NCBI GenBank assembly: GCA_964016885.1
Contig: OZ024740.1
Span: 314,464,001 to 314,528,000, forward strand
Reading direction: 5' to 3'
DNA from: Eledone cirrhosa
Taxonomy: Eukaryota
DNA length: 64,000 bases
The notes beneath the pieces are model-generated. The model was given only the letters and a program-made list of their open reading frames with translations, did not search any database and was not told where the DNA came from. Position numbers and translations under genes: made by a program. Positions within the stretch are counted from its first letter, which is position 1; every line of letters starts with the position of its first letter. This document shows, piece by piece, positions 1 to 12,679 of the stretch.

Positions 1-1331
1 TCACAAACGACATCCAACACATTCCAGGCTCATTGGACACAGCGGCTGACGCTATGTCTCGATTGCCGATCAGTTCAATTGCGTCATCCTACAACATCGA
101 TTTAAATCACTTGGCAGCAAACCAACCTGCACTGGAATCGTTGGATATTACATCAGCCGAATTTGCGACAAGTAATTTGAAATACCTGCCATTGCCCACC
201 GCAGATGGACAGATTCTCTGCGACGTTTCTGTGGATTCACCGAGACCATTCGTCCCGCTAAACCATCGTCGTACTGTGTTTCTTGCTTTACACAGCATTT
301 CCCACCCAGGATCTTCTGCCACAGTAAAGCTCATAACAACCAGCTTCTTCTGGCCAAATATAGGCGCGATATTACTGCTTGGTGCCGTTCCTGCATCGCT
401 TGCCAGAAATCGAAAATCCATAAACACGTTAAGGCTCTGCTCGGTACTTTCAGTACACCGGACGCCCGTTTCCGGCACATTCATGTGGACATCGTGGGAC
501 CTTGGCCAGTCAGTGGTGGTCATACTTATCTATTGACTGTTATTGATCGTTTTTCGCGATGGCCTGAAGCCATCCCCTTGAAAGACATCAGTGCTGAAAC
601 GACAGCGCGTGTCCTAGTATTAGGATGGATTGCCCGCTTTGGAGTGCCTACCACGATTACAACGGACCGTGGAAGACGGTTCAAATCGAATCTCTTCTCC
701 GAATTGACGAAGATCATTGGCGCTAAACGCATCCGAACGACTGCATATCATCCTGCATCTAATGGAATGGTGGAGCGCTTCCACCGACAATTAAAAGCCG
801 CTCTACGGACTTCTCCTGACTCTACGCGTTGGAGCGAGTACCTCCCTATTGTGTTGTTGGGGATTCGGTCATCAATAAAGGAAGGACCTTGGGTTCTCCA
901 CGGCGGAATTATTGTATGGTGCTCCTCTAGCGTTACCTTGGCAAATGCTTGCCCCTGTCGATCTTGCTGCACAAGATCCGCTTTCCTACGTATCCCGTCT
1001 GCGTTCTTATTTTCAGGACCTGCCGCCGATGGATACGAGGAAGCAAACTGTAAAATCTGCAGTCCCTAGGGATATTGCCTCGTGGACCCATGTGTTCGTA
1101 AGAAACGATGCGGTGAGACCACCTCTCACACAACCGTACTCTGGACCCTACCATGTACTAGCTCGTTCTGATAAACATTTCACTGTAGACATTAAGGGAT
1201 CCAGAGAGACCATTGCGGTTGATAGACTTAAACGGGCCCACACAGATGCTCACACACCTGAGCTACATACACCCCCATCTTTCTCTTTTGCACACACACC
1301 TGTTCTTGCATGCTTGTTTAATGTTTTTTGA
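1..1331 (+). mobile_element. Gypsy-type LTR retrotransposon pol 3' part (RNase H end, integrase), frameshifted
   Basis: Three overlapping ORFs (33-536, 485-1069, 912-1331) join into an RNase H tail (HIPG..ADAMSR), an integrase zinc-finger start (HSISHPG), a DDE core ([46 protein letters not shown]) and a GPY/F module (PLTQPYSGPYHV). At least two frameshifts. Confidence 0.9.
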
Positions 1332-1430
1332 AATTTGTGGTGCCCTTGGTTTGGGGTTTTTGTTAGTTGCTCATCGTTTTTCTACATACATGGTAAGATG
1401 AACCGATTTTTATTTCTTTTTTTAAAAATC

Positions 1431-1632
1431 TGGTGGGGGGGGGGGGGGGGGTCATGTAGAAGATCATGTCACCTAGCTTTGACTTTGGAGGCAGTCGATT
1501 AACTGTCCTTAGTTCTGACGTCACGTTCTGACGTTAGTAGCTGAATATACTGGCTTTTTTCAACTTTGTATGTGGATGCGAGCAGACGCGTTTCACGGTG
1601 GCGAAACAGCGATATCACACCATGCGGTCACA
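1431..1632 (+). mobile_element. Polypurine tract and putative short 3' LTR of the Gypsy element
   Basis: G-run at 1431-1451 is followed within 3 nt by TGTAG (1455). Candidate ...ACA ends lie at ~1619 or ~1632. The partner LTR is not in the window, so the end is uncertain. Confidence 0.45.
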
Positions 1633-1889
1633 GGATAATTGAACACCGCCACTTAATGATAATTACGAATTACTAATCATGGAGCAGCTGATATGATAAC
1701 CTGTTTTGTTTATTGCTCTGATTAAAATGCTCATGTACATATAATCTCGAGGTATGTTCTTTTTGCTTAATTGTTTACCTACACCTAACAACAAATAGAA
1801 GAGATGTTCTACCAGCCAAGCTAGGGAAACGAACTCCCCTCTAAATCGTAAAACAACGCAGCCTTCTAAAATGGTGACCATCTCTCCTA

Positions 1890-2071
1890 AAAGTTCATAG
1901 GCTGACCAAGATACTCTCATGGAATGACCAAATGAGGTTTATTTTTCAACATAGTCTCTGAACTATGCAGTTAATAATAATAAGTTTTGAAATTAATACA
2001 TGCAAGATTTCACAGCTCTATCATCACTCCTTCATAATCAGCCTATGAACCTTTTCGGCCTGCCTTCGTAT
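1890..2071. mobile_element. Tc1/mariner-like MITE remnant
   Basis: AAAGTTCATAGGCTGA...TCAGCCTATGAACCTTT inverted ends; same family as 55503-55704 and ~56955. Confidence 0.55.
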
Positions 2072-2524
2072 ATTTATATTATTTTGAGTTTGGTGACTCA
2101 TATTAGAAGCAATTTTTTATATTGACACAAGTTACATATTTTAAATGAGTGGCGAGATGTGATGAGGTTGGTTTCGTTTAACACAAATACATATTTTATC
2201 ACTGTTTGGAGGATGTAAAACAGTTAACTATAGCTGTATTTAAAAAAGCGTAATCAAATGCTGGAGGGTTTTTTTTTTATATTCTTGCGTTTTTTTCGTT
2301 CCAATAATTTATTGTGGCATATCAGCCAAAGATACATTTTGTTATTACAGAAAAAGAATTGTATCCTGGCAAACAATCTTACTTATAAATTAATGAAATT
2401 GATGAGATATCAATAGCTGTTTTGATTTTATTATATAGAAACTACGTAATATGACAGCTGCAACTTGATAACGTCTGTCTTCTCCATTTGGCGCCTGTTG
2501 CAATCCGGTTACGTATGCCGAGTT

Positions 2525-2724
2525 NNNNNNNNNNNNNNNNNNNNNNNNNNNNNNNNNNNNNNNNNNNNNNNNNNNNNNNNNNNNNNNNNNNNNNNNNNNN
2601 NNNNNNNNNNNNNNNNNNNNNNNNNNNNNNNNNNNNNNNNNNNNNNNNNNNNNNNNNNNNNNNNNNNNNNNNNNNNNNNNNNNNNNNNNNNNNNNNNNNN
2701 NNNNNNNNNNNNNNNNNNNNNNNN
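2525..2724. other. Assembly gap (200 N)
   Basis: Run of exactly 200 N. Confidence 1.
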
Positions 2725-2853
2725 CGGCCACTACTTTGCAGCCACCATGTATGTAAGATCATTCCCCCTCTCTATAATTTAACAGCTTTACTCTCTCTGT
2801 CGCTCTTTACTCTCTATATGACAACACTGTTTTAGTTTCCGTATCTCCCTTCA

Positions 2854-2975
<122 letters not shown>

Positions 2976-4125
2976 TGACACGGGAGAGAGTGTGGTATCT
3001 TTGGAGTGGTGGGGGGCAGGTATACCTAGCCGGACGCCAGTCGGACGGGCCAGCTAGTAGTTAAATAAACTCAACTATTCGGTTCTAAAAAAAATATTTA
3101 AGTCTTCTCGTTAGGAAATCCGTTAGAGTTCGTTGTCCCGTTCGTAGCCATGACATTGCCCCCCCCCCCTTCTCCCTCTCCCCCCGTTCTATACGCTGAT
3201 GTAGAGTATACTTCAGTCGTATAATCGAAATTGATCCTAGCTGATGGCCGATTCCATAATGTAGACATTACACCATTCTTCCTATCTCTACATCCATTTA
3301 GAATTAAGTACTCCAGTTAGAAAATCAGTTATGTTTGACGGACGTGCGTAGCCAACCTAGGAGATACTTGAAAAACAAAAATAAAAGTGTAGCCAACATG
3401 GGAGATACTGAAAAAACAAAAATAAAAGTGAAACATAACTGATTTTCTAAATGGATGTAGAGATAGGAAGAATGCTGAAATTTCTACATTACGGAATCGG
3501 CCATCAGCTAGGATCCATTTCGATTAAATATATTTATATATATATAAGTAATGAGGCCTTTTACTTGGGCCCTGAAGGAGACAAAAAAAAATTGGAAACT
3601 ACAATAAAGTATAATGCAACATGTTTGTTGTTCAAGGTAATCTACAAGGAGTTGGGAGGGAGAAGCTAGGATAAAATAAAATACGATAGATAAGATAAAA
3701 CTTATCTTTATAACGGTATACGTTTTGTGTTTTATTGTTCGTTTAAGTGAAGGTAGAACGCAAGCCCTTGCCTTTCCCTTCCTTTTCCGTTTTTTAAATT
3801 TTCTTATATTATATTCCATTCTTTCTTCTCAATCTATTTTTTTCATTTTCTATTAAATTGTTTTTACTATTATAAACATCAATAAGGCTAAATTCATTTG
3901 TTTTAGTAAAGGAAGAGGAGTGTGTGAGAGTTAATGTTAACATTTTTTATTTTAAAGAACAAACCTTATTGAGTAAGAAAAAATTAAAAAGTGGGGGGAA
4001 CAAAAGGAAAAAAAGAATAGGGAAATATAGAAAAAGAAAAAAGAGAGAAAGAAGAAAAAGAACGGGAATGGGAAGGATGGCAAGAGCTCAGGTGTCGCAG
4101 AAGAGAGGGTGGGGGGGGGGGGGGG

Positions 4126-4552
4126 TCTAGGCCTGCTGGCTCCAGTTGAGATGGAAAGCCAGCTGCGTCTAGGCTCCTTCTCAGTATGTCGTTGAGAGTG
4201 GCGTGTCGGAGCAACCGGCCTGCTCTCTGCCGAACTTGTCAACAACCGCCCCGCAGTGGTATTTATGTGGCTCACACTCGCGGAGGCCAAGGAGTTGGGC
4301 TACTCCGATGCGCGTTCACTCATCATCAAGTAAGGTACCTGTTCCATCTTGGAGGCCAGGTCAAGTTTTGCCGTCTGGCTGAGAACTCCGCTGACGAGAG
4401 CGCGACAAGAGGAGATAGAGGATGGGTAGGCAGGTAAAGCTAGGTCCGAAGCTGATCGGAGGCCGAGGCCATCGAACCTCGCTGGGAGTGTTGCCTGTTG
4501 CCAGCCTGAGCTGTCGAAACTGACATTGCAGATGAGTTCCGCACAGCGTCGA
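4126..4552 (-). mobile_element. CRE-like non-LTR retrotransposon fragment (post-RT region and start of REL endonuclease)
   Basis: Minus-strand translations WQQATLPARFDGLGLRSASDLALPAY and [28 protein letters not shown] match the CRE-clade post-RT and RHxxxNxxxxRAL...LEPxGL motifs. Confidence 0.75.
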
Positions 4553-4789
4553 ATGAAAATAGGGTTACGGTTATAATTATAATTAGGATTGGGATCAGTG
4601 TTAGTATTGTTACCGTGAACGGTCATGTGGCTACAGTCTACAAGCTTTGTTGCTGGGTTAGTTTGGGTCACTTGATGGCGAGTGCTTTCGGAGTAATATT
4701 CCTTCATTAGACCAGGCCATTCCTGGTTTGGCAAGTCCATTACTCGTCGGAGTATGTGTATAGGTGTTTCCATGTGTCCGGGTCACTTC

Positions 4790-5005
4790 GACAGTTTGGG
4801 GTAGGCACTCGCTTCCTAATAAAATGGGCTTCCAATATTCCAATAAGTATTTTTGTGGTTATGCTCCGTCCACATATGTTTGTGCTGAAACACTGCACTC
4901 GGAGAGGTCGCTTTTTGAAAACGTTCTTGAATTCTGTTTGTAGTTGGCGTTTCGTGTAACCGATGAAGTCGACCCGCATATGCAGTTCAACTCATACATA
5001 AAATA
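4790..5005 (-). mobile_element. Degenerate GIY-YIG endonuclease remnant of a Penelope-like element
   Basis: Frameshift-corrected reading YELNCICGST-FIGYTKRQLQT...ILEAHFIRKRVPTPN resembles the Penelope C-terminal GIY-YIG (YxxxCxCG..YIGxTxRxLxxR..E..I..LN). Confidence 0.55.
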
Positions 5006-5407
5006 GTCTTCAGGTATATTGGCTGTGTTGCTTGTTGTTAATTCCTGTGCAATAAAATATATTGGAAGTTCACTCAGTAATGTTGCTGCAACAGAATATA
5101 CAATACATATTACACATTACACACTTAGGTTGTATAATGTGTTTATATGAAATGAAGCGTTGCAAACGTCATAATCAAAGAACGCTGTCTCCCCTCACTC
5201 TCTGTAACATTTTCCTCTTTCTTTTTAAAATCTCAATAAAAATGTTGTCTCGCTTTCTTCTTCTCCACCTCTCTCTTGACCTCTATGTCTCTCTTACTCT
5301 ATCTATTTCCCCGTTTCTGATATTTTCACTAACAAACACTTCTCTTTTCATATTCTATCATCTCCCCTCTCCCTTTCTCATCTTTATTCTCTCTATCTCT
5401 CTCTCTC

Positions 5408-5443
<36 letters not shown>

Positions 5444-5799
5444 CCCTCTCTCTCTCTCTCTCTCTTTCTCTCTCGCTCTCTCTCTCTCTTTTTTTTTTGC
5501 TTACATCCTCTCTCTCCCATTCCCTCATTCTCTGTTCTATTCTACAGAATGGAGAATGAGAGTCAATTCCAAAACAAAATGGCCAGGTTGTTTTTTATAT
5601 GAGCTACGTCGACATAGTAGTGCCAGTCTTCTTTTCTTCAATCTCCCCCAGTCGCACCCTTATTGACGAAGTCTTCTGCAAGACAGCAGAACCAGACATG
5701 GAGCGGGAACTGGGGTCATCTTTAGCTGATTGATTCGAAGAAGGCCTCGCCGTCCCCCAGTATGCAAATGCCCAACGCAACTGAAATATCATGTACAAC

Positions 5800-6400
5800 C
5801 TTCAGGCGGATCGGGTCTTCTTTAGACCAACACCGTCTCGCCTACCTCCGACACGCCTCGCAGTCAATCAGCGACTCATAGCTCAAATCGATGCCCTCCT
5901 CATCAACCAGTACCATTCTTGATGATGAGTGCACACACATCGGAGTGGCCCAGTGCCTTGGCCTCCATATGTGTGAGCCACTCAAATGCTGTTGAGGAGC
6001 TGTTGTTGAAGAGTTCAGTCTGCATCCACTATCTTGCCGCCATAGCGCAGTCGGTTCCTTTGACAAGCCGCTCTGAACGACAATCAGAAATAGCCGGACA
6101 CAATTGGTGCCAGCTAGCTTTGACCGTGTTGATGGTAAGTGCCCAGACGGAATAACTCTCTTCCCATTCGATGGAGATAAATCTCTAAACTGGACACCGT
6201 GTGCTTGGACTCGTTTTCCGTCACTAACCTTGTTGCACCAGCCGCAAACCCGAGCACCGCAGCCTGCAATACAGAGGAAAGGAAGATAAATAAATACCGG
6301 GCCTTGACCGACGGCTTCCATTTCGCACCTATTGTCGTCGGGACCTCAGGTATCCCCAGTCCCCGAACTGCTGTTTTCTTCCGTAAAATCAGGGGCAGAG
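5800..6400 (+). mobile_element. CRE-like retrotransposon REL-endonuclease fragment
   Basis: DRVDGKCPDGITLFPFDGDKSL and EERKINKYRALTDGFHFAPIVVGTSG match the DGKRPDG..W.D..KY..F.P.A.ET.G restriction-like endonuclease; frameshifted. Confidence 0.8.
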
Positions 6401-6525
6401 TCCTCAAACACTCCTTCCAGCGGGTCCTGTCAAAAGCAACCGTCTCTAGCTGATCTGGCTGGATCCCCAAGCATGTTATCCAACCATCTTGCTCGGGGAC
6501 TACCTCTGGGTTCCCTGCCAGTTGA
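6398..6525 (-). mobile_element. RTE LINE 3' fragment
   Basis: PRGSPRARWLDNMLGIQPDQLETVAFDRTRWKECL is the RTE C-terminal GRP..W.D...DR..W motif; a related copy lies at ~7750-7900 (+). Confidence 0.65.
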
Positions 6526-6619
6526 TTTTTCCCTCTCTTTCGTTGCTTAATTTCTTTTTTCTTTTTCTCTCTATCTTTTTCGTTTCCACCTGCGTTTGTA
6601 TATGTATTTATAGTCTAGT

Positions 6620-6733
6620 GAAGGCGTGTGGCTGAGTGGTTAGAGAATTGGATTTACAATCTTGAGGTTGTGAGTTCGATTCCTGGACAGGGCGTTATGT
6701 CCTTAAGCAAGACACTTTATTTCACGTTGCTCC
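6620..6733 (+). mobile_element. tRNA-derived SINE (family A)
   Basis: A box TGGCTGAGTGG, B box GTTCGATTCC, then core GTCCTTAAGCAAGACACTTTATTTCACGTTGCTCC. Confidence 0.75.
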
Positions 6734-7024
6734 TTCTACCTGGAGTTGCGACCGATAGATAGTATTAGCAACTGGAATGACCGACGAAAACATTGTTTCC
6801 TCGGTCCGATTTGACGAAAGTCGATCGATCCTATCTTATATTCTAAACTGATATTCTTTATTCATATAAACTGTACAATATATATATTAGGTGTTAGTAT
6901 ATTATATATGCCAACTATACTGGCTGCACATGCATATGCTACAGTAAGATATAAGTTTTAACTAAGAAGGAAATGCTTTATAAAAATGCCAAAGTCGAAT
7001 TTTTTATCATATTATTTTCATTTC

Positions 7025-7205
7025 CCGGTGATTGGCAGTATCGGTAGAGGATCGGATGCCATGCTTTGAAGCATAGAGTTAAAATCTGAGTTCAAATCCC
7101 GCCGAGGTTAACTTTGCCTTTCATCCTTCCGGGGTCGATAGAATAAAGTACCAGTAATGCATTGGGTAATTGCTGGCCTTGTGCCAAAAGTAGAAACAAT
7201 TATTT
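7025..7205 (+). mobile_element. tRNA-derived SINE (family B)
   Basis: TGGCAGTATCGG A box, GAGTTCAAATCCC B box, core GCCTTTCATCCTTCCGGGGTCGATA..AAAGTACCAGT, tail GTAGAAACAATTATT. Confidence 0.8.
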
Positions 7206-7262
7206 TCATTTCCCAATCTATTTTATAAAAGAGACGCTGTTTCTCGCTCATATATATGTGTG

Positions 7263-7300
<38 letters not shown>

Positions 7301-7412
7301 ATGAGGGGGGAAAGGGGAGGGGTGAAAAGTCGTTATTGTTGAGAGAGAAACATAATGAGGGAGAGAGCGAGCGTGAGAGAGAGAAAGAGTGTGTGTGTGC
7401 GTGCGTGTGCGC

Positions 7413-7482
<70 letters not shown>

Positions 7483-7749
7483 GAGAGAGATGGACCATTT
7501 AAAGCGTAATGCAACAATACAGTGACGTCATAATAACAAGCTGACATATCTCAATATCTTTCATTAGGAAACGTTTTCACTGAAGTTTAGAAGGATGTTT
7601 TCCATTGTTGTGTGCAAATCATGCAGTTGTATAAAACAACTTTTCGGAGAGAAACAGCTTCTTTTTTATAAAATACATAAATAGATTGATGGATGGATTA
7701 TCCAATAGTACTCAAACTGTTATTAATTTCACCGAGAAAGTAGACTTCG

Positions 7750-7900
7750 AGCAGGATAACATCAATGAGCTTGGCTGGTCTCGCTTGGAGATCCAGCCGG
7801 ATCAGTTGGAGACGGTTGCATCTGACAGGACTCACAGGAAGGAGTGTTTGAGGACTCTGCTGCCCACGACTCTCTCAGGAATAAGAAGAAGACGTGTAAG
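7750..7900 (+). mobile_element. RTE LINE 3' fragment
   Basis: DNINELGWSRLEIQPDQLETVASDRTHRKECLRTL; homologous to 6398-6525. Confidence 0.6.
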
Positions 7901-8259
7901 TGTTCCTTATTTCTGTGTGTATGTGTTTCTTACGCTTGCCTTGTTTGTGTTAGAAAGAGCTATGATGTTACAGTACTTCTCCAGAGTGATATGTGGCTGA
8001 CTGGATGTTTGGATATATTGTTTTCATTTAGCTATGGGGATATAGAGAGAGCTTTGAAACATACTGTGGAGACAAAATGACCCTCTCGTATGTTAGGTGC
8101 TCTGACAATTTTAATCAATTTTAATACTAATGTTTCATTGTGTAAGCGGCTTGTAGCTGAGGGCTGTGTATAGCCTGTTATTATGCATAGAGGATCATTG
8201 TGCCTATCTTGTAGTTTAATGTGGTTTGTTGTAGAGATATTAGGGCCCCAAGTGGACGA

Positions 8260-8490
8260 CATTGCGAGTCGCGGTATCGGTTTGTGGTCGAGGCGACTAA
8301 GCTGGAGGCGAAGAATGGGGCACAGCATATCGTGTCCCAGATGAAGGATTTACTTCATTCGAAAGGGGAAAAGGGTAATTTCGTCGGGGCGCTTGCCGTC
8401 ACCACAGCCGTGGCTTACTGGCTCCTGTTGTGACGGGAAGCCGGCTGCGTCGAGACTCCTTCTCAATAAATCGTTGAGAGCGGCATGTCT
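8260..8490 (-). mobile_element. CRE-like REL-endonuclease fragment
   Basis: Reverse complement reads [43 protein letters not shown]; homologous to 4126-4220 and 6070-6200. Confidence 0.75.
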
Positions 8491-9088
8491 TAAAAAAGAT
8501 ACATTCCACTTACACTGCTTACACCCACATTAAAAGTAATTTAATCTCGTATACCCTTTACACTCCTTCCTGCTTTCTACATATCTTATATATTTCATCA
8601 TGTCTTGTGTTGGAAAAAAAATCATTTTCCGAAATTTTCGTTCCAGTCTTTTCATACATAAAATTATTCCATTATGACGTCAGGTATTTAGCATTCATTT
8701 TAATACTGACATGATTTAAACAGAGAAATATTGTTTACTTAAAGAAAAAGGTGTTAGAGCGGAACTCTTTTGAAATATTTCTATTATGACGTAATAACAG
8801 TCAGTCTTACTAAACACCCGGCCTTGTTTATTTATATTTCATATAGCCAATACATAAACAGACACCAACGATGGGATTATATAGACTGTGTATTGTCTTA
8901 TTTAACTCCAGACAACATTGAGATATTTCCACGACCAGTATGTCAGATAGATGGTAATGTTAGTCTAGAATAACTACATACATTTTATTATAGAAATACC
9001 ACAATCACGTAACATATCTGAAATCTGAAATAAATAGTATGATGATCGGGCAAGGTTTTATCTCGGTGTATGTGCCGTACACAAACTG

Positions 9089-9129
<41 letters not shown>

Positions 9130-9134
9130 TTACG

Positions 9135-9390
9135 TGTGGAGGTGCGGAGCCTAATGGTAAGGGTCGGGGACTTACGATCATAATGTCATGGGTTCGAATC
9201 CTGGGCTGTGTTGCGTGTTGTTCTGAGCAAAAAAACACTTCATTTCACGTTGCTCCAGTATACCCAGCTGGAAATGGGTACCAGCAATAGCTGAGGGTTT
9301 AACGCTGCGCTGGACTGGCGCCCTGTCTAGAGGGAAGTTTTGTACTTTCAGTCATTTCATGCCATGGAAACCGGTCTGATGAGCCTCCGA
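9135..9390 (+). mobile_element. tRNA-derived SINE (family A)
   Basis: GGAGCCTAATGG A box, GGTTCGAATCC B box, core TTCTGAGCAAAAAAACACTTCATTTCACGTTGCTCCAGT. Confidence 0.75.
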
Positions 9391-9439
9391 TCAGGAGACA
9401 GATAGACAGACATATGTGTGTGTGTTGATGCGCGCGCGC

Positions 9440-9475
<36 letters not shown>

Positions 9476-11427
9476 TCGTGTAACTCCCGAGGAAGACTTA
9501 GGGACTCCGTATTGACATACGGATTTTCTCAGGTATTTTTAAACCTGACGGAGCCTATCTCCTTTCTAGGACTGAGCACTGCAGATTTCTTCCGGAGTGT
9601 GATAGAGAGAATGAGAGAGTTGAGTGAGAAAGAGATATAAAGAAAAAAATGTACGCCATTACTAGACTGGTACTTTTTATTGACCTTAACGGATGAAAGA
9701 GACAAAGTTGACCTCAGTGAGATTTGAACAGAGGGCAGAGAGCCGAAACGAACATCGCAAAGAATTCTATCCGACGTTCTAACGAAATGTTAAAATCCAA
9801 ACACAGGATCATTACAAGTATCATTGACATAGCGTTAGAAAATTAGGTAAAATACGCCTAGGTGGTGGTGGTGGTGTTTGCTGCTGCTGCTGCTGTTTAG
9901 ACCCAGGTCAAGTAGATCAAGTGATGGGATCTGGGCTGAGGGTACGGCGGTGTTGGGGTTGCACCCCGCGGACAAAACTGCAGAAGCATTTCCGCGGACA
10001 AACTTGTTTGTCGGGTAATGGAATAAGACAGCTAAAAATGAAAACACCGCCTCGGAAATCCAGACGTCAGTGCCAGGTGGATAACATCTGGAGGGAAAAA
10101 AGGGGATTTCAGGAAACAAATGAAGGAAACAAACCAAGGGATATAAAAACTCTGAAGAGCTAAGGGAAGTAACTCGGAGTCGTGGTTGTGTTGTTGTGTT
10201 GACGGCGACAGTGACACTGTTGACGTCTCATCGTTACCATGACTACCAACGTTATTTTTCCAAACTCAAGAAAACGTTTGAAAGCAGAGGCAACGGAAAT
10301 AGTTCCAGCTAGATCCTGTCAACATCTCCAGACGGTTTAAATACAAGTCTCCGATATCCAAATGGCTAAATGTCAGCAGACCCCCCCCCCCCCACCCACA
10401 CACACACACACACACACATACAAACACACACACCCTCCTTCAGGAGTAATGACCTGGAAACAGCCCAGCCCCCAGAGTGTAAGAAGATAAGGGTTGAAAC
10501 ACTCGCTTGAGAGGAGTTTCTACTCTGAAGATCTTCCGCTGTCTAGCTCTCCTGGGAGTTTCTCACCATTGACACACGGCTAGACCATTGACTTCCAGGA
10601 ACAGGCCGGAGGACGTCTGGGAAAGACCGTTTGACGCCAGCAAAATTAGATCTCTTCTTTGTCTTTACTATAATGCTACAAATTCTAATAATAAAAGTGG
10701 CTCCCGCAATTCACCGAAAGAGGGGTGAGGGAATGATGAATCCATTGATACCACGATAATATTAACGACTAGGAATTCACAACGCACTACGAGGACAGGA
10801 CAAAAAATGGAATCCCCATGTGTCTGTAGAAGGATATTCTCCACTGTACGTGTCATGAAGATCCACAGCTTGAAAAAAGGCTGTACGAGGACTTTGTTGA
10901 ATGAACAGCAGCGCATTGTTCCCCCACATGGTATGGTATGGTATGGTATGGTATGGTATGGTATAGACCCCTAACTCCTGGGGAGTCGTAGGGACACCAT
11001 ATTGACATACGGCATCTCTAGGGCATTTTTTAAACCTGGCAAAGTTGACCTCGGTGGGATTCGAACTCAGAGAGCAGAGAGCAGAAATGAATACTACAAA
11101 GCATTCTATCGACGTTCTAACGACTCTGCCAATTCACCGCCCCTTCCAGCATATAAAACGTCGGAAAACCAAGGCTCCTCACTGTAACTCTTTTATTTCA
11201 GTAACACTGCAAACAGTTACATTAAAAGTAAAACAGTGTGCCCTATGTAGCCTACGTTTCTTCCTGTTTTTCTCCTGAAGTGTTTTTCCTCAAATTATAA
11301 ATTTTTGGTATTTTGGTAGATCCAGTCATTGTTGAATTTGCCTTATTTTGTTGTTGTATAAATGTTTATTAAGTACAGCATATTATTTATGTGCCAAAAG
11401 TAGAAACAATTATTTATGTGTAACCCA

Positions 11428-11645
11428 GGGCGGTGGATTGGCAGAATCGGTAGAGCGTCGGACACCATGCTTTGCAGCATAGAGTTATAGCCTTTTACGG
11501 TCGGTGTTCAAATCCCGCCGAGGTTAGCTTTGCCTTTCATCCTTACGGGGTCGATAAAATAAAGTACCAGTAATGCACTGGTACTTTAATCGACTTTCTA
11601 CTCCCCTAAAATTATTGGCCTTGTGCCTAAATCAGAAACTACTAT
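11428..11645 (+). mobile_element. tRNA-derived SINE (family B), near full length
   Basis: A/B boxes plus the GCCTTTCATCCTTACGGGGTCGATAAAATAAAGTACCAGT core. Further copies at ~9660-9785(-), 11030-11145(-), 11935-12085(+), 41710-41885(-). Confidence 0.8.
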
Positions 11646-12679
11646 TTGTGTGTAACCCAATACAACCTGTTTCATGGTGGAATGGTCGATGACTAAACTG
11701 GCTCCCCCACCAGACCCTCGGCCTCCGATCCACCTTTGACATGGTACTGCCGGTCTATCTCACCACAATCTCCTCCAGTCTACACTTCTCCTGTTTTTCT
11801 CATTAAGTTCTTGCTTTGTGTATTAAAAATAATCATTTTCTGACATTTGGGAAATTTCGTGTTTTCAGATAGAGAAATATACCGTTGTGACGTCATGTAA
11901 TTGACGTTCTTTTAAATAACTAATGTCTATCAATGTTGTACGGCCCTTTATGGTCTGAGTTCAAACCTCGCAGAGATTAGCTTTGCCTTTCATCCTTACG
12001 AGGTCGATAAAATAAAGTACTAGTAACACACTGGTGTAGGTATAATAGACTTACCCTTTCTCTTCAAAATGCTGGCCTTGTTCCTACATCAAAGTTAGTG
12101 TATCTGTCGTTTAAAAAGTCTGTCACGCTAAAAAGGTAACTGTGTGTGAGCGAGAGACACGGGGGGGGGTGACAGCAACGTGGGGGGGGGGGGTTATCTC
12201 ACGCCTTTATGTAAAGTGTATGGTAAGTGGATGGAGTGAGAGTGAGAGATAGAAGATAGAGAGACAGAACAAAATAAGGAACTACTTTTACAAAAACTTA
12301 TGGTAGATTCAATCATTGATTTATTTTGTTGTTGTACAAATGTTATTTAGTACAGTATATCATTATATGTGAGTAGTCCAATACAACCTGCTTCATTGTC
12401 GACGACTAAACCGGCTCCCCCACCAGACCTTGATTTGGTGATGAGGTTACGTGGAACCCCAGCAGCACAGATAAGAGCTGTTAAAAGGGGGGAAATTCTC
12501 CCCAACTATGGGTCAAATATCCTCACCAACCTGCAATTGGTCAAGCGTGGCGAGTACAGCTACACCCTTGATATGACCAAAACCAAACAAAGTCGTGGAG
12601 GTTTACCACGGAGGGGGTCCTAAAGCAGGAGTGAGAAGGCCCTGGATTATAATATACTCACTATAATATATATATATAT

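Noticed and set aside
2390-2835. ORFs spanning the N run
   Set aside because: Open only because of ambiguous bases.
4558-4612. Telomere-like TAGGGTTA/TAACCC tracts (also ~43606-43627)
   Set aside because: Only a few degenerate units; not an interstitial telomere array.
6620-6690. tRNA-like sequences (also ~9140, 11430, 52595)
   Set aside because: A/B boxes run into SINE cores and lack an intact cloverleaf; these are SINE heads, not tRNA genes.
9855-10920. Possible CR1/L2-type LINE 3' remnants
   Set aside because: Only faint motif similarity (e.g. RRIFSTVRV); too degraded to call.
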